The notes under the pieces were generated by a model, which did no database searches, was not told the origin of the DNA, and worked only from the letters and a program-made list of their open reading frames with translations. Positions 32,401 to 51,500 of a stretch of DNA of 64,000 nucleotides are shown in pieces (position 1 is the first letter of the stretch; every line of letters begins with the position of its first letter). The stretch is from Bugula neritina. Taxonomy: Eukaryota; Animalia; Bryozoa. The stretch spans positions 13,080,818-13,144,817 of the forward strand of contig OZ037772.1 of NCBI GenBank assembly GCA_964035545.1, written 5' to 3'. A program made the translations under genes and the position numbers.

Positions 32401-34139
32401 TGTTTGACTTGAAGGCAGGTTTAAAGTGTAGTCAGCCATTTCTAGTTTTTTCAAATTTAAATGAATAAGTTGTTGGATAAGTAATGTTAGTGCCAGTCAA
32501 CATAGTTTAATAACACCAATGCACAGTATATACTATATATTACGTTACACTATACTATATTACATTACACTACATTATACTATATATTACGTTACACTAT
32601 ACTATATTACATTACACTATATTATATTACACTATATTACACTATATTATATAACACTACAACATATTATACTATACTATATTATACTATATTACACTAT
32701 ATTACACTACATTACATTACATTACACTACGCTATATTACACTATACTATACTGTACTATATTACAGATCGAGGACTGCATTTAATACATCAACTCTCAG
32801 CTACTCAAATAAATTAAAACGTTATCCAGTCTATATAGACTATATTATAGTGATTAGGTGTTGGCATGGAATAATGGTTTTCCATTAGCATATGAAGCTA
32901 GGAAACAGATCAGAATTACTCCAAGTATAATATATTACAGCACACTATTCGATAGCCTTTATCCTGTACAGGAGATAAACCTTCTATACTACACAGTGAA
33001 ACCTTTGCTGTGGAAATACTAAAGTGTGACCACCTGATTTACCAACAGTTGAAAGGTGTTGAAAGAATAACATCTGAGGTTTTGATGCTTAACTTAACAC
33101 AGCACTAGTCAGAATGACTGAATAGAGAATATTTATTGCTATAAGGACAGAGTAAATATGATATTATGTAACAGTTCTAATGAAATATATCGATACAACT
33201 ATGTGTTCAGTGTAGCACAAGCTGGGATTACTATTATAAATCAGAACTGTGTAGCATATTCATTACGAGTCATGCACAGTATGGAAATATAGCCTCAGTG
33301 ACATGATCATATGAAACATTGTGCTCAAGCAGTAAGTGTCTCTGTGGTGCACAGACTGCTAATACTTCTTCAAGGTATAGTATAGATGTTGAAGACACAC
33401 AGTATGAGTGAGGTTGTATTGAGTGTTGAGTAAATAGTTGTATGTATAATAGACAGATGATATTATCCCCTGCTGTATTAATACTGCATGTAAAGTGCTC
33501 TCATCTTCTAACACTGTGTTCTGATTATAAGTATATCTTCTAGTGTCAGTTTATAACTAATTTGATAAAATATAATTGGTTGATTCTATCCCAGCCTGTT
33601 ACATGATTGGTGTAGTTTACTGCTGCCTGTTACATGGCTGGTTTGGTAGGCAACTGATTCGCTGTAAAATTAAACATTTGCTGTTAGTAAACGTCAGACT
33701 TGTGCAAACACGGCTGTACATGTTCTAACAGTCGCACATCTAAGTGAGTTGGGAGTTGTTCCCCCTATTCAGTTACTAGCTAAGTTATACTTCACTTGCT
33801 TTGGAAATGTTAAGGCTGAAAGGCTTTAAAATAATAAAAAAATAAAATATAAACATATAATTATATCTAAAGATTATAGGTCTGGTGAGAAGAGATTGTG
33901 TGGAGACATACCTTGTGGTAGTGAAGGAGATGCTCCCAGCTTATTGTGTGCCTCTGCCACTGCCTTCAATGTGTTCCTACATCATACATCATACAACATA
34001 TGTACCATGTACAACATACAACATATGTACCATATACAACATACAATACTTGCAGATGTAATAACAGCTATGACAACTTGTATTACTAATTAACAAGTTT
34101 TGTCTAATAAAAAGCGCAAATAAATAGAAAAGCATGCTG

Positions 34140-34271
<132 letters not shown>

Positions 34272-37200
34272 GCGTAGGAAAGAGGGGAGCGCAGGGTTAA
34301 AGAAGTTACTTTTAGTCTCGCAGGTTATAAGTTAGACAGAAGGAAATCGTACAATAAAGTTGATTGAGAGAAATTCCATGGCAGTCAGGCTTAGTAAGAG
34401 TTTATGAATACCTTTGTCTTTTAATTCGTATAGCAATAACAAGTCTTTTGAAGAGAAATATAAGGGCAGTGTAGGCAGCAGGCAGCACAGCAAGAACAAA
34501 TATAGATAGAAGGTACATGACTCTGTCTGGTTGTCAGCAGAAGTAAACCAATGGCAAACTGTTAACCCTGCCAATAGTAGTACAATATATGAAACAAGCA
34601 CTACAAGCATATATAAGTCTATGATCTACATGTATAAATACTATAGTATTTGTGTTTAATTATTATAGCTACATTTAATTATATATAAATAATGTTTAAT
34701 TACACAATTATTGTTTGATGAATAATATTATATAATTAATTTAAAATGAATATTAATATAATTAAATGTACAAAATAATTTAAATGCATATATAAATAAG
34801 TGCACTCTATTGTGTCACAGTAGTAAATAGATATATATTTAATACTTAAACAAAAACATTTACAGTACACAAGTTTAGCTCCTCCAGATTTTGTGGACAT
34901 GAAATATTACACCAACAGCAAGCAATATAATAATGTATTAAATAATTAGTAATTAATTACCCGGATTCTGAGAGTAAAGAGCTAAATAAGTGTCTAACAA
35001 CTGAAGAGCTCAGAGAGTAGCTTTATTGTTGTTTATATTATATTGTTTGATGAGCACCAAATCATCAAACCTTCCAACAATGCAACGAATTCTCATATAA
35101 AATGCACTTTGACCATTGTTATTCGCACATCAATTTTATTGAAATATTAATTGTTCGAAATATTAATAAAATATAATATTATAGTTTCAGCAAAAGCATA
35201 TTATTATGTCACTGTATGTTATATAATAACCTCCTTGCTGTGATAAATATCATATATTAAAACTACACAACATATCTCTCACTAGATACACATAGAAGTA
35301 AAATACTGCTGCGGATGTGTTGCTCTTAGCAACTCATCTTTGCTATTTATTGGCTGACATAAGATTGATAACTTTTCATTCATAGGAAATTTCTAATTTC
35401 TTGTATTTTATCCTGAATTTCATGTATTGTTTAAATCATGCTGCAATTTACTCCCAATACAGTACTGCCCATAATCTTATTAGTTTCACAGCAAAATATT
35501 TAGATTAGCAACTAAGTTAGCATTAGTAGCATCAGTAGCATGAGCATAAAAATAACTTAGATAAATTATATTTATATGTATAAATTACCTACCAATAATA
35601 TTATACATGGTCTGTTTATATTTTCACTGTATAATCATATAATTATCAAGTCGTTTAGTTGACAATGTATAGTTTCAGATTATAACTTAAATAAACTAAA
35701 CAAAATTTCTATTGGCAAATCATGTTTAAGATGAAGTTTCTCCTAATACCACTTTTTATTGAAAGTAATGTTTAGCATGTTAATATATATTTACTTTTTT
35801 TTACTCTAAAAACTAAATATATTATATATTGTGCATGATTCATCTCTCTTATAACTGTACCATAGTAATTTACTAGTAAAAGCTATTTGGAGTTGCACTA
35901 CTTTCTCACACCATGTCACAACACATAAACAATAAAGTTGTAAACTTGTACTTTAGAGCTAAACATTATTATATTGCCTTGTCGGAAAAATATGAATGAA
36001 AACTTGCATGTAACTAATATGGAGCTCAATAACTCTGTTTTGTGTAGACTGGGCATGTGCAAGTGTGCGAGTTTTATCTAATGATGGTAGGAGCAGCTTT
36101 TACTACTAGTTTGCACTGTTGGTTTGACTATGTATAATGTATATGAAATATATAATATAATATAATGCAATTGCTAAACTCAAACTTTGAAAAAACAATT
36201 ATTTCTTGTTCGACTATTCCTCAAATTAAGTAGAAAACTGCAATTAATAATTTGTTGAGTGAAGTCCTAATTGAAACAAAACATAGAATAATACAATTAA
36301 ATAAGTATTGTTTTTCTACAATACAGAATAAAGATAAAATTCTTTCCAGAAAGAATCAATACATTACAACCAATATATAATGATAATTTATTTAGTAATT
36401 GTAGTAGCTATAGAACATATGAAAATGCAACACCTCGAAGTTTGTATTTACCAAGAATCACAATTAGCATAACTAGTAATAAAACAAACAAAACATGAAC
36501 CAAACTGCAAGCATGAATCATTTTACATATGTTCATGTATAAGCAGCTTAATAACTAATACTTCATCGGCAGCAACTAAAAATCAACTTGTTAAATTGAC
36601 TTTCGACATTTCTGAGCAAAACCCAACATTATCTCAGTTTAAATTTTACTTTGAAGTTTAAATTCTTAGCTCGTGAAAATGCAAGTGATAAGGTAAAATT
36701 GTGAATTCTGGTCTATAACCACAAAATGTAATTAATTTCCAATAAATTAAACTATGCTGTATTGTTTGTTTTATTTAAAATAAAATTCATTCAACTTTTC
36801 TTACATTCATAATATTAGAGTCATATACAACTGTTGAAACTCTATTCATCTGCTAGCATTGCTTCCACTAGAAAATGAATATTTTCTAATAATGTGGATT
36901 AACACAAGAAAGGCTGGTATTTGGTTTTTCCTATTGCATTGACAATGTGAGAGTTTCATAATAGTGTCAATAACATTGTTGCAATGTGAATCATGGAATA
37001 TAAAGCGCACCACCAGAATAGACCAGAATTTCTCATCACTAAACTAAAGCTGCTCTCTTTTTACTGTATAATAACACATTGGCTTAATTTTATTATATTA
37101 GCATTACAACAATTCATCTACCACATTTATTATGGTGATTATTATTTTATATTAATTTTAGTCTTTTAATCATTTATTTTTAAAGATAGCGTGAGTAGTG

Positions 37201-39339
37201 ACCTAAACTATAAGTAGAATCATTACCGAATCTTATAATAGTAATTGCAACAATTATAATTATAATTATAATTATTACCAAATGTATTTACTATAATAAT
37301 TGTTTTAATATAACAGATACTAATACAGTTATATTTAAATGATAGATATTTATATAATAATTCGGATACTCAAAAATTAGTATTATAATTAAAAATTCTA
37401 CTTATCATAATTATAATATTATATATACTTCTCACATTAAGTTTGACTTATTGGGTTTTATATCTACTTTTAGATTTTTAAATTTGAAACCAATATTTGA
37501 ACTATGTTATAAATACCTATGGTATCAATATGAATATTTAGAAACATAAACAGTCAACATGAACATATTGGTAATAAAAAATTAGTAATTATGATTAATG
37601 ATCTTGATTGTGAATATCATTATCTATATTTATATTGCTATTAGGTTATTCACTTTGATGCATAATTTACATAAGCATTATTATGACTAATGCCAATATT
37701 TATACTATCAAAGTAAAACTAGTTATGATAATATGAAGAACAGTAATTACATTTATTATAAATTAGTCTCTGAGTAATAGATATACAAAGAGATTTATAA
37801 TAAATATAATAGGGTAAGTCAGTAACACTAAGAGTATTAGTAGTAGACTAATATATATTAGTAATAATTGTAGTTCTACTAATTGTAATAACAGCAATAG
37901 TTACATATAATATTTACATTTATTTAAAAGTAAATAATGATATAATATTTATATTATTATTATTTCAGATTTTTCAATTTGCATTAATTTTAAGTTTTAG
38001 TTTAGTACTACAAAAATAAACTACTTTAAGTTTAAACTTTGAAGCAAATTAATTTTTAAAACCAGTTATATACAAAAAAACTAGTAAACCTGACAAAATG
38101 TTATGAAAAACATTAAACGACCAATACATAAGTTGTGAGTTCAATATTCTGAATAAAACCCAATTTAATTGAATACCTCGACTTGCCCGAAGCTGTCTGC
38201 AGAAATGTATTATAAAGCAATATACTGGACACGGCAAGGAAAGTGTTTTTAAAAGATATACTCCGATTTGTTGTTTATACTAAATCTAGCGAATCACATA
38301 AATAGTATCAAACGTCTATAGTTTTGTTCATTGACAAAAAGATTTAGTTGACTTGCTGTTCTCATAGCTTGCATACGACACATGAGGTTTTAAGCTAATA
38401 TTGTGAACTTCAACTCAATTTAATGCACTCTATGATCACCAACTTGGTGCTGTTTTCAGCAACATTTTTACGTTTTATCACAGCGTTTTCCCTCAAACTA
38501 AATAGTAATACAAAATCCCATAGTATCAGTCATTAGACCCGTCACATTAACTGTACCTCTTACCTCTGTAAGCAGTAAAAAATAAAAAGTTTAGTCTTGG
38601 GGCTTTTAGTTTTACTTTTAGTTTTACTTTTACTTTTAGTTTTAGTTTTACTTTTAGTCTTTAACTTTAAGTTTATTAATAATAAAACATTAATTTTAAA
38701 TGCAGTTACTATTGCAAAGACATTCACATAAGACTTAGCGGTAGAGTTAGTCTTAGGGTGGTCGAATTCATTGAAACTGACAATATTACTATTAGTTAAT
38801 CATATTCATAACGATTTGCATTTGAATTTTTGGTATCACTATGACTTATGAGTATGACTTTGACTATGCTCTATGGTAATGAATATTATAATCATATTCA
38901 TTTTTACTTTAATTTGATGATTGAATTTGATGTTATCAATTTCAAATACAATATAATAATCATACTGATAATCAGCATCACTATGACTATCAAAAACTGT
39001 ATTTGTTATGCCCATCAGTCTATCACTATAAATTTAATATAATAAATTTATAGTCATAATGATATTAATGATGAATATCCAATATCAATATGCACATGCT
39101 AATGCACAATCACAATGACAATGTGAATGTCAGTAGTGGGACTCAGACTGAGCAATCAGACTAGCTGTAAATTTAAAGTTCAACGTCCAAGTGCCACTGA
39201 TTCTGATGGTCATGGTGTTAATGCTAGTCATACTGGGGCTATTACTATCAAGCCGCTATTGTAATAGATTTAGATGGGAGAGTATCTAGTAGCAACACAC
39301 AAACAGATGAGAGAATAGCTAGTAGCAGCACACGAGCAG

Positions 39340-44810
<5,471 letters not shown>

Positions 44811-45535
44811 TACTGTTCAGTCACGTGACCACGCATCATGTGACCACATGGCACGTGACTGTCACTCTACTGGGACTTCTCATAGTTTTATATTCATCTG
44901 TTACAGGAAATTATACAAGGACTTTACGTTATTTTCTTAGATAAGTTATATGATGAACTGACAGTGTGTGCAATTGAGTAGCTGAAGTTGATAACTGCAA
45001 GGGCTCTTTTCTGTCTAGACAGGAGGTAGCTCCTGTGTCAGCTGACCCAATTTATCTCGAGATTTGTCATAGAGTTTCTAGCGTAGCCAAATCATTAGTC
45101 TTTTTATTTGTATGAAAATAAACATGTCAATTCCCTGGAGACACGTGCTAAATGCACAATAGGTTTGTTTACTTGACGTTAGATTTGAAATGTGATTGGT
45201 CAGTTGGTTGCTAGTAAACACGTGGTAACTAACATCTAGGCGGAGTCACGCTATTGAATGTACTTCACGCTTCACTCGCTGTCCCAATTCAGCCATTGAA
45301 TGGCGCAGCAGTAGCTAATGTGATATCGTATTAATATGAATGGTTATTGAATAAATACCCTGGTTGTGGATAATTTGTGGTTATGAAATATGTAGAAGTA
45401 ATTATATGGTATAACTATATACCGCTTGTGTCTAGCTCGTAGTGTTATACTCACACGTGTAAGTAGAGCACACGGCACATTGTACCAGTTGCTAGACAGT
45501 CACACATAGAGTAACACACTAAGTACAACACAGAT

Positions 45536-48500
45536 ATGGCAGGTACATAGCAGTTACTTATTTCCTTTACATGCCATATAATATATGCATACCATATAAT
45601 AGTATGATTTTATTACACTGTAGTATGTTATTATTATACATATATTACAGTATATTACTTTATTACACTGTTCATTTTTCATTGGCTGTCCTTCGTGTCC
45701 GAAGATGACTTCCGGTGAATCATGGTCCTCCATTTACATCTGTCTTTGCTGAGAGATTGCCAGCTACCAATAGGGATCTTCAGGTCTTTTAGATTGCGTT
45801 TAACGGTATCTTTGAATCTCAGTCGCGGCCTGCCAACACCACGGGTGCCTTCTTTCAGTTGTGAATAGAGAATTTGTTTAGGTAATCTAGAGTTATCCAT
45901 TCGATGCACATGACCAGCCCATCTCAGGTTTTTTTGAATGAGTAGTTCATACATGCTGGGTAGATTTGCCTGTGCTAGAGTCTCCTCATTCGAGATGAAA
46001 TCCCACCACTTCACGTTCAAGATCTGGCGTAGATGTCTCATCATATAGGTGTTGAATTTGTGAGCGGCTATCCTGTATACAGGCCAGGCCTCCGCTCCAT
46101 AGAGCAGAGAGGACAGGACAATGGCTCTGTACACTGTACACTTGGTCTTGAATGACAGATCCCTATTGTACCACACTTTGGTCTTTAGTCTGCCGAAAGA
46201 GATTGAAGCATTGGACATCCTTGTATGAATCTCTTCATCCATCTTGTTGTTGCACATCACTGTAGACCCAAGATATTTAAACTTATTGACGTTGGCAAGG
46301 TCTTCATTATCTATGCAGATACTGTCACCACTGTCATGGGCTCCAGGTGCCGGTTGGTAGAGCGTTTCCGTTTTCTTGATATTGATTTTCAGACCAAAAG
46401 CTTTGGAAGCTCTGGCGAATCTGTCGACTAGTTCCTGTGCATCGCCATGGCTGTGTGCAACGAAGGCAGTGTCGTCAGCAAACATGAGTTCTCTAACCAA
46501 TACTTTCTGTGTTCTTGTTGTTGACTTGTATTGGTTCACATTGAACAGATCAGCTCCAGGTCTACTTTGAATCCAGACGCCTTTATCACAGTTTTCAAAT
46601 GCGTGCTGTAGAACAGCCGATAAGAAAATAGAGAATAGCGTTGGAGCCAACACACATCCTTGTTTCACACCATTGTTGACCTGGAACGGCTCAGATAACT
46701 CCTCCTTCAGCTTGACTGAAGCCTTCATGCCAGTATGGAGAGCGCTGATAAGATTGGTGAAGTGACTGGGAAAACCGAGTTTCTGTAAGATCTTCCACAG
46801 GGTCGCTCGATCAACAGTATCGAACGCTTTGGTAAAGTCAATGAAGACCATGTACAGGGGCATATTTTGCTCGATGCATTTTTCCTGTATCTGCTTCAGT
46901 GCAAATATCATATCTGCTGTTCCCCTTCCACTACGGAATCCACACTGAGTTTCGGGTAGGAAGTTTTCTGCGTATGATGTCAGTCTATTTAGAAGGACAC
47001 GAGCAAAAACTTTACCGGGAATTGAGAGCAGGGAGATACCTCTGTAGTTACCGCACAGCTTCCGATCACCTTTTTTGAAGATGGTTATAAGTTGGGCATC
47101 TTTCCAATCTTGAGGGACTACAGCAGTTTTCCATGCCTCCTTTATTATCTCATGGAGAGTACTTATTAGTTTGGGCCCTCCCCTTTTGATAACCTCCGGG
47201 TGAATGCCATCAGAGCCAGGTGATTTCCCTTCACTTAGCATCGAAGTTGCCTTGATGATCTCTTCAATATTTGGGCAATCGTCCATCCAGTCCTGAATGG
47301 GAGCTTGTCTCAGGTTCTCAATGATGTTGTCATCAATATCTGGAGTCTCGTTTAGTAGCTTGCTGAAATGCTCTGTCCATCTCGCTAGAAGATCTTGTTT
47401 TTCTGTCAGGAGTGTTGAGCTGTCACTGGCCAGGAGCTGGTCAGGATGACTCACTCTTGGACCCCAAACAGTTTTCATGCTTTGGTAAAAGCCTTTCATG
47501 TCGTTAGTGTCAGCAAACCGTTGCAGTTCAGCAGCTTTTGCCAACCACCAGTCGTTCTTGAGCTCCCTGCATCTTCCTGTGAGTTTTCTGCCAGCCATTC
47601 TAAGCTTTGACTTGTTCGAGCGAGTATTCCTGGTTAACATGTCTGCTCTGGCCTTGTTTCTCTTCTGGATGAGTTCTTGAAGCTCATCATTATTCTCGTC
47701 AAACCAGTCCTCATGCTTCCTGCTGACAGTGCCGAGGTGCACTTTTGACTCTGCATAAACTATCTCTTTGAATGCTCTCCACTTACTCTCCACGCCCTCT
47801 GGAGCAGAGTTCAGTTTCCCAGCAAGGGACTTTTCCAGTTCTTGTCTTACTTCCTCATTCTTAAGTCGAGAAACGTCCAGCTTCTGGCAAGGTGTTCTCC
47901 CTTTCTTCATTTTTCTCTTCACTCTGAGCTTAGCTTTTGACCTGATCATGATGTGGTCAGTACTGCAATTCGCCTCTCTCATCGCCCTTGTGTCTAGAAT
48001 GTCTGGTAGATCACGTTGTCGTGTGATAACAAAGTCGATGAGATGCCAGTTCTTGCTTCTCGGGTGCATCCAAGAAAACTTGTGAGCTGGTTTATGCTTG
48101 AAGAAGGTGTTGGTAATGCACAGTTGATGTTCACTACAGACTGAGATCAGAAGTTCACCATTGGAGTTCAGGTTTCCGCAGCCATACTTGCCTATCACAC
48201 CGGGCCAGGTTGAGTGATCTTGTCCAACCCTAGCATTGAAGTCCCCCATGAGTAAGATCTTATCAGCTGCTGGGACTGATCTTAGAGCCTGATTCAGTTG
48301 GTCATAGAATCTGTTGATGTTTTCTTGGCTGTTTGTCATCGTGGGAGCATAGACAGCTATCACAGTGCACCATCGCTCATCAGACAGAGGAACCCTGAGT
48401 GACATCAGTCTGTCGCTTATAGCCTTTGGCTCTTCGATTAGTCTCGAAACAAGTTCGTTCCTGATAGCAAGAGCCACGCCTGACTCACTGCGCTCAGATG

Positions 48501-51500
48501 CAGTTTTGCCACTCCAATAAATGGTGTAGCCTGACTCTTCACGAATGTTACCTGTATCTTTGAATCTGATTTCACTCAGTGCTGCAATGTCGATGCCATA
48601 CTTCTGTAGTTCAGATGAAATGATTGCACTTCTTCTCTCAGGTCTTTCTTTGTTCTCCCGGTCTAGCAATGTTCGTATGTTCCATGATGCAAGGTTGAGT
48701 TTAGAATTTTGGACCTTTTTATCCTGGGTGACGTCCTGCCAGTATGATTTCGTGTTCATTTTTCTTTTCATGATTCAATCGGATTATGCTGACAAGAAGT
48801 TTAAGGATACTTAGGGTTTTGTCAGTTGCTTAAGCACCCCTCTCCACTAAAGAAGTACGCTGTGCTGGCAAGGAGTGTCCAGGACGAGCACAGCAGTTCA
48901 GTAGTCGCAGTGACTGGCCGAGTAATTCGCCCTCTCAGAGTGTCACGTTTCTGGATGGATTGTTGTCTGGGTGATCAACCCATAGATCCTCATACTATTA
49001 GCCTGGGTGTATCTACACCCAGTTACCAGTGGTGACCGCTTGGAGGTTAGTATGAAGTCTTGACTGATGGGAACTTCTCTACAGTACATCATTGCCATCA
49101 GTCCTTGGATGCTGGGGTCCGTAGTGTAAACTGGTACAGCTCTTGGTTCCACCATCCACCACCACCATTACACTGTAGTATGTTATTATTATACATATAT
49201 TACAGTATATTACTTTATTTCACTGTAGTATGTTATTATTATACATATATTACAGTATATTACTTTATTACACTGTAGTATGTTATTATTATACATATAT
49301 TACAGTATATTACTTTATTACACTGTAGTATGTTATTATTATACATATATTACAGTATATTACTTTATTTCACTGTAGTATGTTATTATTATACATATAT
49401 TACAGTATATTACTTTATTACACTGTAGTATGTTATTATTATACATATATTACAGTATATTACTTTATTTCACTGTAGTATGTTATTATTATACATATAT
49501 TACAGTATATTACTTTATTACACTGTAGTATGTTATTATATAGTATACATATATTACAGTATATTACTTTATTACACTGTAGTATGTTATTATTATACAT
49601 ATATTACAGTATATTACTTTATTACAGCCATACAGTCTCTCCTCTTCCTTACTCTCCTCTACATACAGGTGAGACACAACGTCTCTTATTACTAACAATG
49701 AGTAAATAGAATCCAGTACATTAATACCGAATACTTCCATGGCCTGCTATCAGTTATTCTCCATGTAGTGTCCTTTATAATAGATAGTAAAATTTCATAA
49801 ATTTGGTTTATTCAGTTTGCTTACTGACGCTTTGCTGCCAATTTGTTCATAGCTGTTATAATATTATATATCAATTAGCAATTCAGCATTTACTGACATT
49901 GCCACACTGCGTCTGTGTTGTCACATATTCCAACAGCAATGGATCACCCAACCTTAGTGTACTCTTTAGCACTTGTTTGTCACTGTTTTTATCTTCAGGA
50001 CCATGTTAGTGCCACTAGGTGCATTGCAAGTTTTATTCTGCACTCAAAAATCATGACCAAGAAACTGAGGGCATTAGCTTTACACATGCCGACAAAAACA
50101 GTTAAAATACATTTAGCCAGGACATTATTTGTAAGAACCCTCAAGCGTCATGGTTCCATTCTCATCTACTCTCACATAATACCAGCTATTTTTTTACAAA
50201 CTCACGGTATAAAATGTTGCTTTCTTTATACTACTAACTCTCTCCTAGAAAGGGTGAAAGAGTTTCACGGTGTAAAAGGTGTGAACAGTGTGAATAAATA
50301 AACTATCTACATTAAACATACACCCTTATGGAACTTTCATATCAAACTAGGAGGGCAGTTACACTCCAGTTTATCAACACTGCAATAAATTAAAATATGG
50401 TGATGATGAAGTATGAGTCATATTAGACATGATTTACTTGGAGTGTTTCAACTCTTGGAAATAGTTTATTGCATAACGATAGAGAAGTGAGTAAGTTATT
50501 CGATATAATACCATGTGATACTGTGTAGCTATATAATATAGCCTTAGATGTTGTCTCTCTCACAGACTGTGGGGGGTGTGAAGGTGTCCGACTGTATAGC
50601 CAAGAAGTACTACTACTTTTCTACTGACCACACAGCCTGTGTTCTCAAGTCTGCAGGGGCCGACACTTCAGGTACTCTTTATGTCTCTCTACAGCTTAGG
50701 AATGGCGGGCTATTCTATATGTTCTGTGAGAGATGTGTACAACACTGCATAGTTACTACCCCTAGATGTGTACCACACTGCATAGTTACTACCCCTAGAT
50801 GTGTACCACACTGCATAGTTACTACCCCTAGGTGTGTACCACACTGTATAGTTACTACCCCTAGGTGTGTACCACACTGCATAGTTACTACCCCTAGATG
50901 TGTACCACACTGTATAGTTACTACCCCTAGATGTGTACCACACTGCATAGTTACTACCCCTTGTAGGCGTGTCCGAGGAGGATCGACAGCTGATAGTTGA
51001 TAAACACAACCAACTCAGAGCTCAAGAGACAGCTGCTGACATGCAGGAGATGGTAAGCTGTCTGTTACATAATAACTATGACTGACTGTGCCATGTTACT
51101 CCTTGTAAGACAACTCCTCTCCACATTGAAGGTGTGGGATGATGAAATAGCTGAGATAGCTCAGAGGTGGGCAGACAACTGCCTGTTTGAACATGACGCA
51201 ATGCAGAGGATTCCAGGCAGGTTTTCTCTGGGTCAGAACTTAGCTGCAGGATACACAACGTGGGACAGTGCCATTCAGGGGTGGTACGACGAGGTTAAGG
51301 ACTTTACTTATGGTTCTCAGGCTGCAAATGTGTTCAGTGAAGTCGGACACTACACCCAGGTGATGTGTTACACTATATTATATAGTATTATATTGTATAG
51401 TATTCTATTATATAGTGTTATATTGTATACTATTATATTGTAATATATTATATTACAATGTTTCAGCTGGTTTGGGCATCTTCAGCTAAGATAGGATGTG

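Larger units (their letters stand above)
45671..49166 (-). mobile_element. Full-length RTE-clade non-LTR retrotransposon (about 3.5 kb), antisense in CAP3 intron 1, inserted in a 50-bp minisatellite
   Basis: Single APE+RT ORF. TSD ATTACACTG at 45662-45670 and 49167-49175. Very short 3' tail TGAAAAATGAA. The same 50-bp repeat lies on both flanks. Confidence 0.93.

Noticed and set aside
33912-33976. Possible upstream exon of the membrane-protein gene
   Set aside because: It has splice-like ends, but its open frame ends in a phase incompatible with exon 32016-32070; left unassigned
34600-39200. Long AT-rich stretch checked for transposon termini, RNA genes and exons
   Set aside because: No convincing ORF, terminal inverted repeats or tRNA/rRNA pattern could be seen by eye
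48943-49155. 70-aa ORF as a possible LINE ORF1
   Set aside because: Non-ATG start, no recognisable motif, and it overlaps the ribozyme fold that explains the sequence
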